DNA of 64,000 bases from Octopus vulgaris (GCA_951406725.2 OX597817.1:129642001-129706000), one strand, 5' to 3'. Counted from the first letter of the stretch, positions 1-14,549 are shown. Numbers and translations: made by a program. The notes: generated by a model not told the origin, from the letters alone.

Positions 1-760
1 TCATACTTATATGTTTTACAACTTCAAGCGTATTCAGGATTTTCTGCCTCATTTCTGCCATAGACTCTCTGTGTTCTTCAGCAAATGCGAGATCTTCAGT
101 TACTGTTGTTTTTTCGTTTTCCTGGCTATCTTTAACAGGTACAATAGAATTTCTTGTATCTTCAGGCCTTTGCGTACTTTGATCAGATGGCAGTCTTTCA
201 ATTAAGCCTCGTGGCGGGCTATACTGTTCATCTGATTCTTCATTTCCATTGTGTCTTATATTTATGTCATTTTCCGTTGCGTGCTTGATCGCGCTTATTT
301 CACTGTCTGTGAGTCTGTTATTTCTAAGGATATCCCTCCTCACATTTGCTAATTTGTTCTCGTCCAAATAGGGCCTACTGTCTTGGTTCCGTGTTCTCCA
401 TATACTGTAAGAGTTTGCGGTGTGTCTCTCTTGAGATGGCCTACCTAATGCATAGTAATAAGCGTATATTACTTCTTTATACTCTTCTTGGGTCCATTTG
501 TTCCGCTTACATTTTTCTTTCTGTGGTGGTTGTGGTGGTGAACTTGGAGGGCTCGAGTTGGGGGATTTCCCGTTCAAGTGACCATCCATGTCCGTATTCG
601 GAGAAGAGTTTGTGCCAGTTGATGACTTTTCGATCCCAGGCTGGCTCTTCCCTGGGGGACGCGCTTCCAGATTAACCATAGGACAAGCGATTTGGTATAC
701 TGATTTAGTTTTCCTTTTAGTTTCCAAAAAATTTTGGTGCTACGATAATGTTATCATTTT
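1..760 (-). mobile_element. 5' part of an R4/Dong-clade non-LTR retrotransposon (decayed, runs off the window)
   Basis: Minus translation gives KRNKWTQEEYKEVIYAYYYALGRP...RPYLDENKLANVRRDILRNNRLTDSEI, resembling the N-terminus of R4-clade ORFs. Confidence 0.6.
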
Positions 761-1003
761 TTAGCTTTGATTGGCTCGTGGGGAGACGGCCATCATTGCC
801 GTTACAATTATAATCGTACCATTATAGCAGCCGTAGTCGGCTTATTATTGTTATTATCATCACCATTACCATCACTATCATCATTATCACCACCATTACC
901 ATCATCATTATCATCATCACCATCACCATTACCACCATCATCATCAATGATATTGTTTTATGTGTAGTTACAGCAGTATCTTATTATTGTTATTTTTGTT
1001 TTT

Positions 1004-1319
1004 TTATCATTATCACCATCACAGTAGTGTCTGTCTGTCTCGTTGGCTGGCTGGGTGGTTGGCTGGCTGACTCTCTTCAACACCAAAGTTCTTGCCTGTC
1101 AAATAATACTTTCCTTGTGTTGGTTGAACTCTTTGAGTGTGTGTGTGTGTGTATGTATCTATCTATCTACACACACACACACACACTCAAAGAGTTCAAC
1201 CAACACAAAGAAAGTATTATTTGACAGGCAAGAACTCTGGTGTTGAAGACAGTCAGCCAGCCAACCACCAAGCCAGCCAACGAGACAGACAGACACTACT
1301 GTGATGGTGATAATGATAA
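1004..1319. repeat. Fold-back inverted repeat, ~150-bp arms, 14-bp spacer
   Basis: 1004-1153 is the reverse complement of 1168-1319 with a few substitutions; the inner ends are (GT)n and (AC)n. Confidence 0.95.
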
Positions 1320-2712
<1,393 letters not shown>

Positions 2713-3172
2713 ATATTATTTTTATTTTTATTATTTTGTAATAATGTTCTGATGAATTAGTTTCCATTTGTGCGGGGAAGATCACTAATGCTGTGCATAG
2801 GACCAAATAAATAACTGCTAATCATCACTAGTTTACTTTCGTTGGTGTTGGTGGTGTTGGTGGGGTGATTGTTCTCTTCCATTTCGATAAACAACCGTTG
2901 TGTCGCATTCTTGAACTGTGAAGTAGACAAACTGAGACGAGAATGTCTGACATTTTTCTTGATAATTTGAACAAGACAAAATTAAACTGTAAGGAAAGAT
3001 GGTTGACTCATTGATTATTAGTTAGCAATGTCTAAACGTACCTAAAAATATTGAATCTTTGACTGCTATTCAATAAATATACGGAATAATTGTAATAATC
3101 CTAATTACCATCCATGCTAATGATGTTTAAGACATTTTCCCCAGTTTTTAACTGAGAAGTATTCGTCTCACT

Positions 3173-3330
3173 GGGCACAGGCGTGGCTGTGGGGTAAGAA
3201 GCTTGCTTCCCAACCACATGGTTCCAGGTTCACTCCTACTGCGTGGCACCTTGGGCAAGTGTTTTCTACTAAAGCTTCGGGCTAACCAATTTCTCGTTAG
3301 TAGATTTGGTAGACAGAAACTGAAAGAAGC
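3173..3330 (+). mobile_element. tRNA-derived SINE family A, 5' part
   Basis: A-box-like tggctgtggggtaag and B-box-like ggttcactcc; matches copies at 30851, 43320, 50690 and 55690. Confidence 0.8.
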
Positions 3331-3392
3331 TATGTGGGGACGGAGTACAAGAAATGTATTAAAATGACGCTCGGAGAAAGAAGAGTATTCTT

Positions 3393-3427
3393 GTTTTACG
3401 TTTCGAACAAAGCCCTCCGCCAGAAAC
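3393..3427 (-). ncRNA. Decayed minimal type I hammerhead motif
   Basis: gttt-CTGGCGG-a-gggc ttt gttc-GAAAC-GTA-aaac. Stems I and II are intact and the CUGANGA core is mutated. Same 35-nt layout as 58699-58733. Confidence 0.45.
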
Positions 3428-3844
3428 AGAAAAAATAGGAAAGTTCAAAGGGAAAGAAGGAAGAAGGAGGAAAAATCACCAACAGTCCACGTGCGGTTAC
3501 ATTTCTGAAGTGACCGGAAGTAGGAGGAGGAAGAGAAAGTGCTTTATGGGACAGGAGAGTATGAAGATGGTCGGTATATGTGTATGTGTAAGTGGTAGCG
3601 GTGTGTGTGCATGTGTGTGGTAGCGTGTGTATGTATTGTAACGTGTGTGTGTCGAAATGTATGTACATGCGTGTATATGCGTGTGTGCGTATGTTGTATG
3701 TGTGGAGGGTTGTGTGTGTGGTGGCATATGTGCGTTCATGTGTGTGGGCGTATGGGCGTATGTGTGTGTGTGTGCGTGTGTGTTGGTCTGTATGTGTGTA
3801 TATATATATGTATATATATATATATATGCATATATATATATATA

Positions 3845-5963
3845 CAGGCATGCTTCGTTTTACGTAATCTCGATTTACGAAACCGCATCTTTACGAATTG
3901 TAGATGAAAAACGAAAAAATATCGTTAACATGGCAACGACCATCACTTCCGGTCTGGCAGCATCTGTTACCTCAAGTGTGTCAGTGCCTGCCCGATTTCC
4001 TTCACGGTAGCCCACATTTTATCGTCCTTCATTCCATTCATCTTTTTGAAATTTTTTTCATGCCTCTTTATTTTTTTAATACTCTTGTAATGGCTTTAAA
4101 AAGAATTCTAAGATGCAAAGCAAGGATAAGAAGAAATGTAAGGTAATTAATTTAGAAATAAAATATGAATTGATTAAGCGACACGAAAAATGTGCAACTG
4201 TTAAAAATTTATGAAAAAAAAAAAAAATGATACGGCTCCTTCATCTGTCTGTACCATCTTCAAGCAAAAGGAAGATTATTTAAATAAAGTTAAAGGAAAT
4301 CACTCTCTAAATTCAGCTTGGTTATGGAGAAAATATAACGACAGTTTAATTTCACGCACAGAAAAACTTTCGACAACTTGGATTAACGATTAAATTCATA
4401 GACTTTATATGCCACTTAGTCAGGCTAAAAATCGCAGTAAAACAATTCCCCTTTTTAACTCGATTAAGGATAAATGAAATGGATAAAATGAAACATTTGT
4501 AGCGGGCAATGGTTTGTTCGATCGTTTCAAAATACGAGCAAATCTACACAACTTGAAGATCCAAGGAGACTCATTTAGCGCAGATCAAAAGGCTACAGAA
4601 AATTTTTCTCACCAATTAGAAAATTTGATTGAAGAAGAAGGCTTTATAACGTCTCAGACATTTAATGTGCCTATTTTCGAAACGAATGTCTTCAAAGACT
4701 TTTGTGAGAGAAGAATCTTCAATGTCAAGATTCAAAGCTGCAAAAGAGAGGATAACTGCTTCTGGGAGGAAATTGTGAATGGGACTGGAAACTCAAGTCC
4801 AAGCTTATTTATCGATCTGAAAACCACCGCGCTTTAAAAGGAATTGATAACACGAAGCCTCCTGTAATCTGGAAGCATAACAAAAAATGCTTGAGAAACA
4901 GGAACTCTATTTGAAGATCGGTTTTCTAATCACTTTGTTCCCGTATGGATAAAAAAATCCCTTTCAAGATTCTTTTGATAATGGATAATGCCCCTAGTCA
5001 TGCTGCATTTTTAAAGCATCGCCATCAAAATATTAATGTCGTCTTTTTACTTCCCAATACATCATCTTTATTGCAGCCATTTCATCGTTTAAATTTTACT
5101 ATCTCCGGTTTACCTTTGAACGACTCATCGAAGTGACTGATAAAGGAAATGGTCCTACGATTCAAGAATTTTGGAAGTTTTTCAACATCCTTGATGCAAT
5201 AAAATTGATAAAGAAATCATGAGATAAAATCACTGTAAAGAACATGAAAGGGATTTGGAAAAATCTCTGCCCCAAATTAATTGATAACTTTGAAGGATTT
5301 GATAATCTTTATGAAGGTCTTCAAAAAAAAAATGATAATAATAATAAAATAACTGACACGATCATAAACATTGTAAAGGAATTGAACTTCGAAATTTCAC
5401 CTGAAGATATTAAAGAAACTTTTTATGCTGACTGATGAAATCACAAATGAAGAATTGTTAGAAATGGAAAAGTTTGAACGTGAAGACGAAGAAGAAAATG
5501 AAGAATCACCTGAAAGATGATTCTTTGCAAAAACGCTAAATGAAGCATTTCTTGAGATCGAAAAAGCAATTGAAATCTTTGAGCAGCAAAATGTCGATTT
5601 TGAAAGAAGCTCAGCTGTTGCTGCAAATTTACCGTGAAATCTTCCGTGAAATGAAGAAATCTTTTCAACAAAAAACTTTAGATAATTTTTTAACGTAGAT
5701 CTATAGTGCGGACCAAACATCAAAACAAGAAGAAACTCAACAAATGAAGCTAGTTTGTGATTTAATAAAAACTTATATTCTTGAATATTGCTATTTTTAT
5801 ATTAACCTTTTTTCAATTTTAGAAAGTTTAAGAATCAACTTCTTTTGTAGGAACCAATTAAAGGTATATTCATTTTTTTCTATAGACAATGATAATCCAT
5901 TACACAAATTTTTCACTTTAAGAATCCAGTCAGGAACGAATTAATTCGTAAACATGGGGTCTG

Positions 5964-5966
<3 letters not shown>
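3845..5966 (+). mobile_element. Tigger/pogo DNA transposon with decayed transposase
   Basis: TA-flanked ends CAGGCATGCTTCGTTTTACG ... CGTAAACATGGGGTCTGCCT. Remnants FDRFKIRANLHNLKIQGDSFSAD and KILLIMDNAPSH...VVFLLPNTSSLLQP (CENP-B HTH / DDE_1 type), with stops and frameshifts. Confidence 0.9.
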
Positions 5967-6012
<46 letters not shown>

Positions 6013-6161
6013 AAAGATCCAGGGGAATAATTACAAGGTAGCCAAATGTCGCTTAAGTGTCTCAGGAATCAATGATCACACTTGTGTGGGAGTTCATTCC
6101 AGGAAGAAGCGAGACGTAGTTAGGAGAACATAGGAAAAATTGAAAATGGAGACAAATGCTC

Positions 6162-6491
6162 AAGATGTTATTAAATCATTTATATCTTCATATCATCTAC
6201 ACGTGTCGATGGATGCATTCAAAATACATCCGACAGGATGAATAATGTTGAGCAATGCATCAATCTTATCAGGGAGGATATAAACAACAGTGCTAATCAA
6301 ATAGACATTTTAACATGGTTTCTTATATCTGTTAAAATGTTTATTTGATGAGCACTGTTGCGTAGAGCCCCCCGCCCACCGATAAGATTGATGCATTGCT
6401 CAACATTACTCATCCTGTCGGATGTATTTTGAATGCATCTATCGAAACATGTGTCGATGATATGAAGATATAAATGATTTAATAACATCTT
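6162..6491. repeat. Fold-back inverted repeat whose arms carry a decayed hammerhead-like motif (probable Penelope-type terminal repeat)
   Basis: 6162-6272 is the reverse complement of ~6380-6491, with a second inner pair ~6284-6314 / 6330-6360. Confidence 0.85.
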
Positions 6492-7029
6492 ACTGATTTG
6501 GGTGTCAATAGTATGTATGTTTCTACTCTTAATGTAGGTTAGATTTTATCTGATGAAATTCTAGTTTAATTTCTTTTGAGTATTTAGTTGCTGTTGCTAA
6601 AATTGATTTGCAATACCCCCTTTTTTAACGAACACAGTCATCAAGACTCGAAGTCAGCTACTTTTGTGAGTTGGAAAGATAAAAGATTGCATTAATAACT
6701 TCCTTCTTACACTGCTCCTTCGTTACCTTTTTTCTTTGATTATACTGTCGTTGGATGTCAGGTTTATGTTGTATGTAGTGCTATCTTCTTTATATTCTTA
6801 TTTCCTTAGAAGATTTCTTGCGTCACAGACAATAGAATCGAGGTTCTTTTATGTCCCGGTTCATTACCACTGGAAATGGCGAAGTACTCATATTCTTACT
6901 GCATGCTTTCACGACATAGCCATACGAATTACACATTTATTGGGTTTGTGCGGACAGACAGACATACAGACAAAAAGGTAGAGACAGGAAGAGAGACTAG
7001 CTAGCTAGCTAGCTAGCTACCTACCTACC

Positions 7030-7128
<99 letters not shown>

Positions 7129-7145
7129 ATAAATAAATAGATAGA
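7030..7145. repeat. (AGAT)n microsatellite
   Basis: Directly visible; similar (ATCT)n tracts occur at 29626-29717 and 31766-31847. Confidence 0.95.
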
Positions 7146-7613
7146 CAAGACATACACACATATATACAAACAGAGACACATAGACATATAGAGAGATTGA
7201 TAAACTCAGAAACTAAGAGGTTAGGCTGAACAACAGATGGATAAACTAATTGGTTGCACGGGTTAAAATATTAATGCGCTAAATGAGTATGATATTTACC
7301 TATATTTCCCACCTCGTGTAACTGTCATTGAAGTATAATGTAAATATACTTGTCATATGTTATACATGATTAAAACAGACATCATAGCGTATTACTGCTC
7401 TTAAGGATTTCGAAAGAGTGAAGAAACACTGATGTGAGTCAATCCACCAACAGATGTAAACAAATACACACACATGTACTTACACAAAGGGCACACACAA
7501 ACACACGTACACATACACGTGCACACACTCGCACACATACACACACATGTACACGCACCGTTTAATAGCTAATAAAAGACAATAAAAGACTGCTAGCAAA
7601 ATTATTCTAGTGC

Positions 7614-7619
7614 TTTATT
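7614..7619 (-). promoter_or_regulatory. Polyadenylation signal of the secreted-protein gene
   Basis: AATAAA on the minus strand about 95 nt after the stop codon, followed by T/GT-rich sequence. Confidence 0.6.
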
Positions 7620-7713
7620 TGTAGCTGGTGATTTTGCTGAGAATATATATAGTCATACATACATACATATGTGTGTATGTGTGTGTATAACACGTTATAT
7701 ATGTTGATGCATG

Positions 7714-7871
7714 TTAGAAGCCGGAGATTTTGCCGATTTCAATATTCTTCTCAATTTCTTCGAGTACCATTTTGGTAGCACACTGCACGGCGCTTATCTG
7801 ACTTGACTTTTCACAGTGGCGTTTGGTTTGCGTAATGATTTCAGTCACATCAGCTGGACATTTCACTTCAA
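7714..7871 (-). CDS. Coding exon 4 (terminal): (F)EVKCPADVTEIITQTKRHCEKSSQISAVQCATKMVLEEIEKNIEIGKISGF*
   Basis: caactttcag| acceptor, phase 1 in (T+TT = Phe), open to TAA at 7716-7714. The total spliced CDS is 426 nt = 141 aa + stop. Confidence 0.85.
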
Positions 7872-7959
7872 CTGAAAGTTGACAAAACGTTATATATGTT
7901 TAGATATACATGCGCAAATATATAAAAGTGATTCTTATAAAACAACGAATATAAGACCC

Positions 7960-8010
<51 letters not shown>

Positions 8011-8064
8011 CCTAATATCATATATTGTTAATAGTGGCTTATTATAAGTTGGTCAAAAGCGTCG

Positions 8065-8260
8065 GGCCGGCAGAGTTGACACCGTACCAGACAAAATGCT
8101 TAGCGGCATTTCTTCTGAATTTAGTTTCTGAGCTTCAGTTCTGCCGAGGTCGACTTTACCTTTCATCCTTTCGGAGTTGATAAAATAAGTACCGGTTGGA
8201 TACTAGGATTGATGTAATTCACCAGAAACCCTTCCTCTAAAATTTCTGGCCTTGTAGAAA
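8065..8260 (+). mobile_element. SINE family B copy (intron 3)
   Basis: Core gccgaggtcgactttacctttcatcctttcggagttgataaaataagtacc is shared with more than 15 copies in the window. Confidence 0.8.
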
Positions 8261-10620
8261 GGATAATATATAGGACACTACCGTCGCGAGTCCGAATGCA
8301 GTAAAGAGAATATATAAAAATTGGAAAAATATAAAAAATGATAAAGACAAAAGAGAACGAGTTAAATGAAAACAAAAAAAAAAAAGATGGAAAAACATAG
8401 ACATAGACGCAACTAACGGCCGTTGAATGAAACTTAAATCGATTTTATCTCTTAAACACTAAGATCACTGGTTTGAGATAGCCAGTAGATTTGTAACAAA
8501 TGCTATTACGGAATAGTGTAGTTAGGACAGGGCTATATGAAATATGTAAGACACATGACAACGACAGTAGGTATACGAAAATTATGAAGAATTAAGTAAG
8601 ACAGATATTTAAGTCTGTTGGTTTAAAATAGCTATGGAGATTAATTAGCAGTACGGATAAGAAAAACGTAAGAAAGAGGAAAGAAAATTTATTCAATGTG
8701 TCTTTCGATCGGAATGAAAAGAAAAGTGCAAACCGGGGACTGTTGTGTATATAGGTAAGTATAATGAAAAAAATATATGAGGGGTGGGTTGGTCGGACTT
8801 TGCGCCTTCAACACAGAAAAGCGAAGAGAGAAAGAGAGAGAGAGAGTGGGGGAGAGATAGAGGTAGCAGATGATGAAGTGACTTATATTAGGTGTAATTT
8901 CTTAAAGGAAGAAGGGGAGGACAGTGGAATTAGACTGTGAAAGGAAGGGGAAAGAGAACGAGAGGTGAAGTCCGAGATGAGGAGACGAAAGACAGGACTA
9001 GCGAAAAAAGAAAACGAAAAAGAAGAATGAGGAGGAAGTAAGAAAGGAAGAGAGATGAACTCAACGAAGAGACAAGGCGTTCACCGAGAAATAAATAGCC
9101 AAAACATAAAATGGATTCTGTTATATGGAATATATAGTCGGAGTATCTGCAGTTAGAAAATAGCACCCCAAAGCACACACTAATTATTTTTTTTTACAAA
9201 GATCTAGCAGATGCCGATGCATGCAAGTTTCCCCTTTCCACGCCATCGAAGCTATTTATAGGCTAGGTCGATACAATTTGGCAGTAGTGATGTCATGGAC
9301 TGTGCCTTCAGAATCCAGTGAACTGGAACAGATACTTCATGGCATTCTCCTATAATAATGCTGGTGGTCAAAACAGACGACAATTATGCGCGCGAACAGA
9401 TAGATGCGAATTACAGTTGGAAGAATGCGAATAACACGTCTTTCAATGTCGCGAAATCATCCTCTCTGTTATGTAGAAAGGATCTCCAATGAATGAATCA
9501 TATCCAAGACGTTAAGATAATTAAAAACTCTTAACACTTTCGTATACCTGGGTATTTGGAAGCCCTCCAATATTCAGCTGGTTCACGAAGTGTTTGCGTA
9601 AACTAATCAAACCTTTCTGAGAACTTTAAGAGATATGTAGATGCATTTTACACCAGTTTGTTGCATCAGTCATCTTCAATATCCTTCGTCCAAAACAGAG
9701 AATAAGAGAATAGCTACCAGTTCGTGGCTCCACCATCTAAAAAATCTCATATATTTTTGACAAAGCCAACAAAAATATTTGGCCCATAAGATGTGTATAG
9801 AGACAACACGAAGAACAAAACATTTTACTCTGAAATCGATGGTTTAGCTCTGATGGCTAGAGCCAAAGAACACAACTAAAATAAAATATATATAGACTTG
9901 CAGCTGCGGTTTAGCACACGTACATATACCCCTGCCATATATTTATAGACGTTACCTTCACCGCCATTCACAAATGAGCACGATATGGTAGCATATCTCA
10001 TGCTTTCGCTAATTGTTGTAGGTGCCTATATAATCACGAGGAGATTTAGATACATTTTCGGCCCTTTCAACTTCTGGATGAGGCAGCTGGACGAAGAGAA
10101 ATCTGTTCCACAATTGGTCTTATACTCATTTTCAGGTGAAATGACTAGAGTAACGTGCAAATCAAAATAGCTGTTAATGTTATACTTTTGAAAGCTATTG
10201 TTATACGTATATAGCGATTTCGATTCAAAGTTCCCTAGGTAGCCAACGAATTTTAGTACACTTCTGAAGAGGACCAATCATTCCGAAATATATTCATAAG
10301 AAAGTTCCCAGTATTTTTTCCTGCATGCTTTAACAAAGTTGATTGTTTCAATATTTTTTTTAATCGCTAAAGCTAAGGCTTTTGTATAAACAAATGCAAC
10401 TGAGTATGACATGTCATGCTTCATGCATTCTGAATTAGTTTTTTTATTCTGGGTGTCTATCTACGTGCGGTTGTGTATTTGTGTCCGGGAGAGAGAAATA
10501 GATAGATAGGTAGATATAGACAGAACTACTTCAAATGATATCTGTTCCTATGTATGAATATTAACAATTATAAAATAACACGTGTGTCTAGTAATTCGCA
10601 ATAAACCAAATAAGACTTAC

Positions 10621-10702
10621 ATAGACCTCGTTTTCCGGTAATCTTCATTTCACAGTCGTCAGCAAAGAAAGTGATCACCAGTGGGGTTCCATCGATCACA
10701 AA
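10621..10702 (-). CDS. Coding exon 3: FVIDGTPLVITFFADDCEMKITGKRGL + 1 nt
   Basis: Pyrimidine tract ending in tctcttcccaag|, 82 nt, phase 0 in and phase 1 out at a perfect GTAAGT donor. Confidence 0.82.
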
Positions 10703-11080
10703 CTTGGGAAGAGATTGTAAGGAAGATATGTTGAAAAATGTTACTGAACACACACGCGCGCACGCACGCATACACACATGCGCAAGCACACACACACACA
10801 CGCACACGTACACATACACACATGCTCACACACACACATATACATACATATATATAGGTAGACGATGTAGCCCGTGTGTCGGATATATTTAAACATGTTT
10901 CTATAACCATAAATGACCTATTTCAAGTTATTATGTAGTACAGTTCGTTTTAAAATATATTTGAATATAGATATTTTTTGTGGTTCTAAGACATGTCTGA
11001 AGTTGTACTTTTCCAGGTTTCTATGATGTGTGAAGCTTTTGAGATTAGTGATACTTTTAATTTTGTAATCGAAGAAAATA

Positions 11081-11688
11081 CAGTAATACCTCACTTTGCG
11101 AGTACTTGCTTTCCGAGACTCTGGATTTACGAGTTTTATTTTATAATAATTATAAAAAGCTTAAACAGCCATTTTGTGTGTGTGGCAACGTCGCAACATG
11201 TAACAACACTGGTTCTGGCGAAGTGCAAACGTTTCTACTACTATAACAAATGTTTGCGCGTGTTACCGAGAAATTTATAGAGATCGAAAAAAACTTCTAA
11301 GCAAACAACTCTAGACTTGTTTTTTAAAAAGAAACCTACATATCGGTTTACGAGTGCTTGTGAATCGGCGATCGCGTCTACAAGTGATAGCGTACGCGAA
11401 TCTATTGCAAATGTAGGTGATTCAGAAAACGATTATGCAACAGTGTTTCTTTTATTATAAATGATCTTGACATTCTTTTTCCTTTACATAAAATATTCTT
11501 TACATTCTACTGTTGCTTTATTGCCATTTATTTATGGATATTGTAAATTTTATAGGAAAAATATTTTTCTGCGAATGAATTACGTTTTATGATATTGCTA
11601 CTGTGGGAAATTATTGCTTTGCTTTACGAGTTTTCGCTTTATGAGTGATCTCCGGGAACAAATTAAATTATATAGCGAGGCATTACTG
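11081..11688. mobile_element. Tigger-like MITE (intron 2)
   Basis: TA|CAGTAATACCTCACT ... AGCGAGGCATTACTG|TA: terminal inverted repeats with TA duplication, and repeated subterminal TTTACGAG motifs. Confidence 0.8.
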
Positions 11689-11719
11689 TACTCTCTTTAT
11701 GTTTTACTTAATATATTTT

Positions 11720-12285
11720 CGGGTAATTCTAAAATTGATATGCAATACATCAAACAGGAACAGGCCTAAGAGAAATGTGTTTTATTCAGTAAGAGGTCTG
11801 GGACAGGATAACACATCTTGTATTGTGGTTTGATGAACTGGTGAAAAGCATTGACGAAAAAATTGCAGTAAAGCGCAATCACTTGTCAGTCCTAAAGAGG
11901 TGTTATTCTTACATGATAAGGCAAAACCACATATTGCTCAAGTTACTCAGGAAAAGATTACAACACTAGATATAGAAGTTGTACTTCACCCACCTTATTT
12001 TCCTAACTTTGCTTCATCTGACTGTCATCTTTTCAGATTATTGCAACATTATTTCAAAGGAGGATAGTTTATTAATAGAGAAGAGGTTAAAAGTGACAGT
12101 GAGTGTTTCTTTGCTTTGAAGAATTTTACACCATATGGATCAACAATTTAGCAAATAGATAAGATTATGTTATCAACAATGAAGGAAATGTTATCTTGAT
12201 TAAATTTATCAATTAAAACTGAATAAGCATTTGTTTCCCGTCTTGAAATCAGAAAGGACTTTCTTTTCTCTTTTCTTTTCAACCT
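11720..12285 (+). mobile_element. mariner transposase remnant (intron 2)
   Basis: VLFLHDKAKPHIAQVTQEKI...VLHPPYFPNFASSDCHLF is a decayed HDNARPH / HPPYSPDLAPSDYHLF. Confidence 0.85.
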
Positions 12286-12312
12286 TCTGTTGCCAATAAT
12301 GATCTCCCCCAC

Positions 12313-12366
<54 letters not shown>

Positions 12367-12922
12367 TCAACTCCTACAACATTTAAAATAAAATACAACA
12401 GTCACACTAACGCACTTAGTAATCCGAAAATATAAAAATTGGAACAGCTTTCTGGAAATGCATTTGAGAGTTCAAATGGTATCCAAAGTTAAGTCTTCCA
12501 CACTGGTTCCTAGCATTCTGTCGCTTCTTGAATTGTGTAGTTTATTCACATCATAACTATTTACCACCTTAACATCTACCATTTCCTCATAATTTATCTC
12601 GTTACTTTTTGCTGTTACTGTTCTTAGGCCAAAGAATAACAATAACAACAACAAATTCTTAACTTATATAAAGGATTAGTTTTGCCGTTAGTATTATGGC
12701 TATATCAAGGTATAGATAAGATTTCAGGATTTTTGTTGTAATGTATTAGAGTATAGAACATGCCCATACATTTATTAGCCAAACCGTGTTACGATGAATG
12801 TAAACATCTTCACAATATGATCGTCGACAGATAGTTAGATAGAGAGATAGAAAGAGAGAGGGAGAGAGAGAGAGAGGAAGAGAGGAAAAGAGAGAGAGAG
12901 AGAGAGAGAGGAAGAGAGGAAA

Positions 12923-12953
<31 letters not shown>

Positions 12954-12954
12954 A

Positions 12955-12989
<35 letters not shown>

Positions 12990-13296
12990 GGGTGAGAGCT
13001 GTATATGTTTATTGTTGGAATCTTCATCAGCAAGTGTGTACCCTCTCTATCTAACAACGGTTTATAACTCACACAAATCAAATCAAATCAAGCATGTACA
13101 ATTACTGTTTTTATATCGGCAAACATATTGTATAAACGTGTTGGTTGCAATCATGATAACACAGTGTTAGCTGATAAACATATAGACATGTTCAATCGGA
13201 CATAGTAGTAACGAAACCTTGGTAACATAACTGTAATTTCGATTATTGTATCAAAAGTCCATTCATGGGGAGAAATGAACAAGACATTTTACATAC

Positions 13297-13469
13297 CTTC
13301 CCATTTATTTCTTTGAAAAACTTTGTGATGCCATGGAAGAATTTTTTAAATTTATTTCCAAATCCTTTTTCTAAAACTTCTCTTATTTTGGCAAGCGTTT
13401 GCTGTACATCAAAGCCTTCACAGGAATCGAACTGGCAGTAGGCAGTGACCAACACAAGTAAAAATACAA
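13297..13469 (-). CDS. Coding exon 2: (I)VFLLVLVTAYCQFDSCEG-FDVQQTLAKIREVLEKGFGNKFKKFFHGITKFFKEINGK (signal peptide + amphipathic cationic helix)
   Basis: tttacag| acceptor, 173 nt open, phase 1 in (A+TT = Ile) and phase 0 out at AAG|gtatgt. Overlaps ORF 13243..13455. Confidence 0.88.
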
Positions 13470-14549
13470 CTGTAAATATATATATACTGTATATATGAAT
13501 GTGTATATGTACTCATGTATGTATGTATGTCTGTATGTTTATATATATATATATCAATGTGTGTATGTATGTATGTATGTATGTATATGTGTTTGTGTGT
13601 GTATGTAAATATATGATCCAGAGATCGAGGTGTAGGAAGAAAGTTAGCTTCAAGCAATCCGTAGTAAATATAAAAAAGAACTTCCATGGACAATAGTGGT
13701 TTATTGAGAAGGAAGGTTATGGGTCTTTGCATATCGAAGTGTGATAAACTGAACAAAGTTCTTTTTATATTTCACGGTAGGCGACCAGAGTGGCTGGGTA
13801 TGCAAATAAGAATACAAGAGTTACGGAATTGATTGGATAAACTCCAGGCTACATACATTTCACAGCGAGCGAAACCTCGGAAGTGGTGTATACCGCAGGC
13901 TACTCGTCAGGCTACGGGTATCCCGATTAAATGAAAGTTTACATTATCGTAAGGTGGTACATGTTAGCACATGGAAGATTCGATCAGAATGTATAGAGAA
14001 TGTAGTAAGGTCATTTGATCAGTTGTATCCCATAGTGTGATTTTGACCGAATCATAGAGATTAACAAGGGGAGTGGTATTAGAAAAAAGATAATGTGGAG
14101 AGAAGAGGGGGAAATATTTGCGGTCAAGGGGAGAAAAAAGTATACATATAAAGATGTAGAATTAGAAATGGAAATTAAGAGAGAACGGGGAAGAATTGTA
14201 GCGACTATTACTAGCTACCACTTAAGGGATGTATGTTGTGTGCGGCGAGCGTGTTTACAGTATGAGGTAGTAGAGGTGTATGTGGGCGTATGCACTTGTA
14301 AGTTTACTAAGGGGGTAGGAGGGAGAAGACAGGTGAAATAAGAAAAACAAAGGTTATAAACGATAAGGAAAGATAAAGAGAAAACTATATAAACGACAAT
14401 AAGGAATTAAAGAGAAAATAATAAGAATATATTGGTGGTTTGATATACAGTGGTAGTGAGGATAAATAAGGGGGGAAAGTTTAAGAAGGCTAGGGAAAAA
14501 GATGCGGCGCTGGGGTGGTTGTAATTTGTATTTTGAGAATAGATTTAAT

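Noticed and set aside
4211-5600. TIGD/CENP-B-like host gene
   Set aside because: Numerous stops and frameshifts within a TIR-bounded element.
9370-9800. LINE RT-like traces (FNVAKS, FVYLGI)
   Set aside because: Too decayed to support a call.
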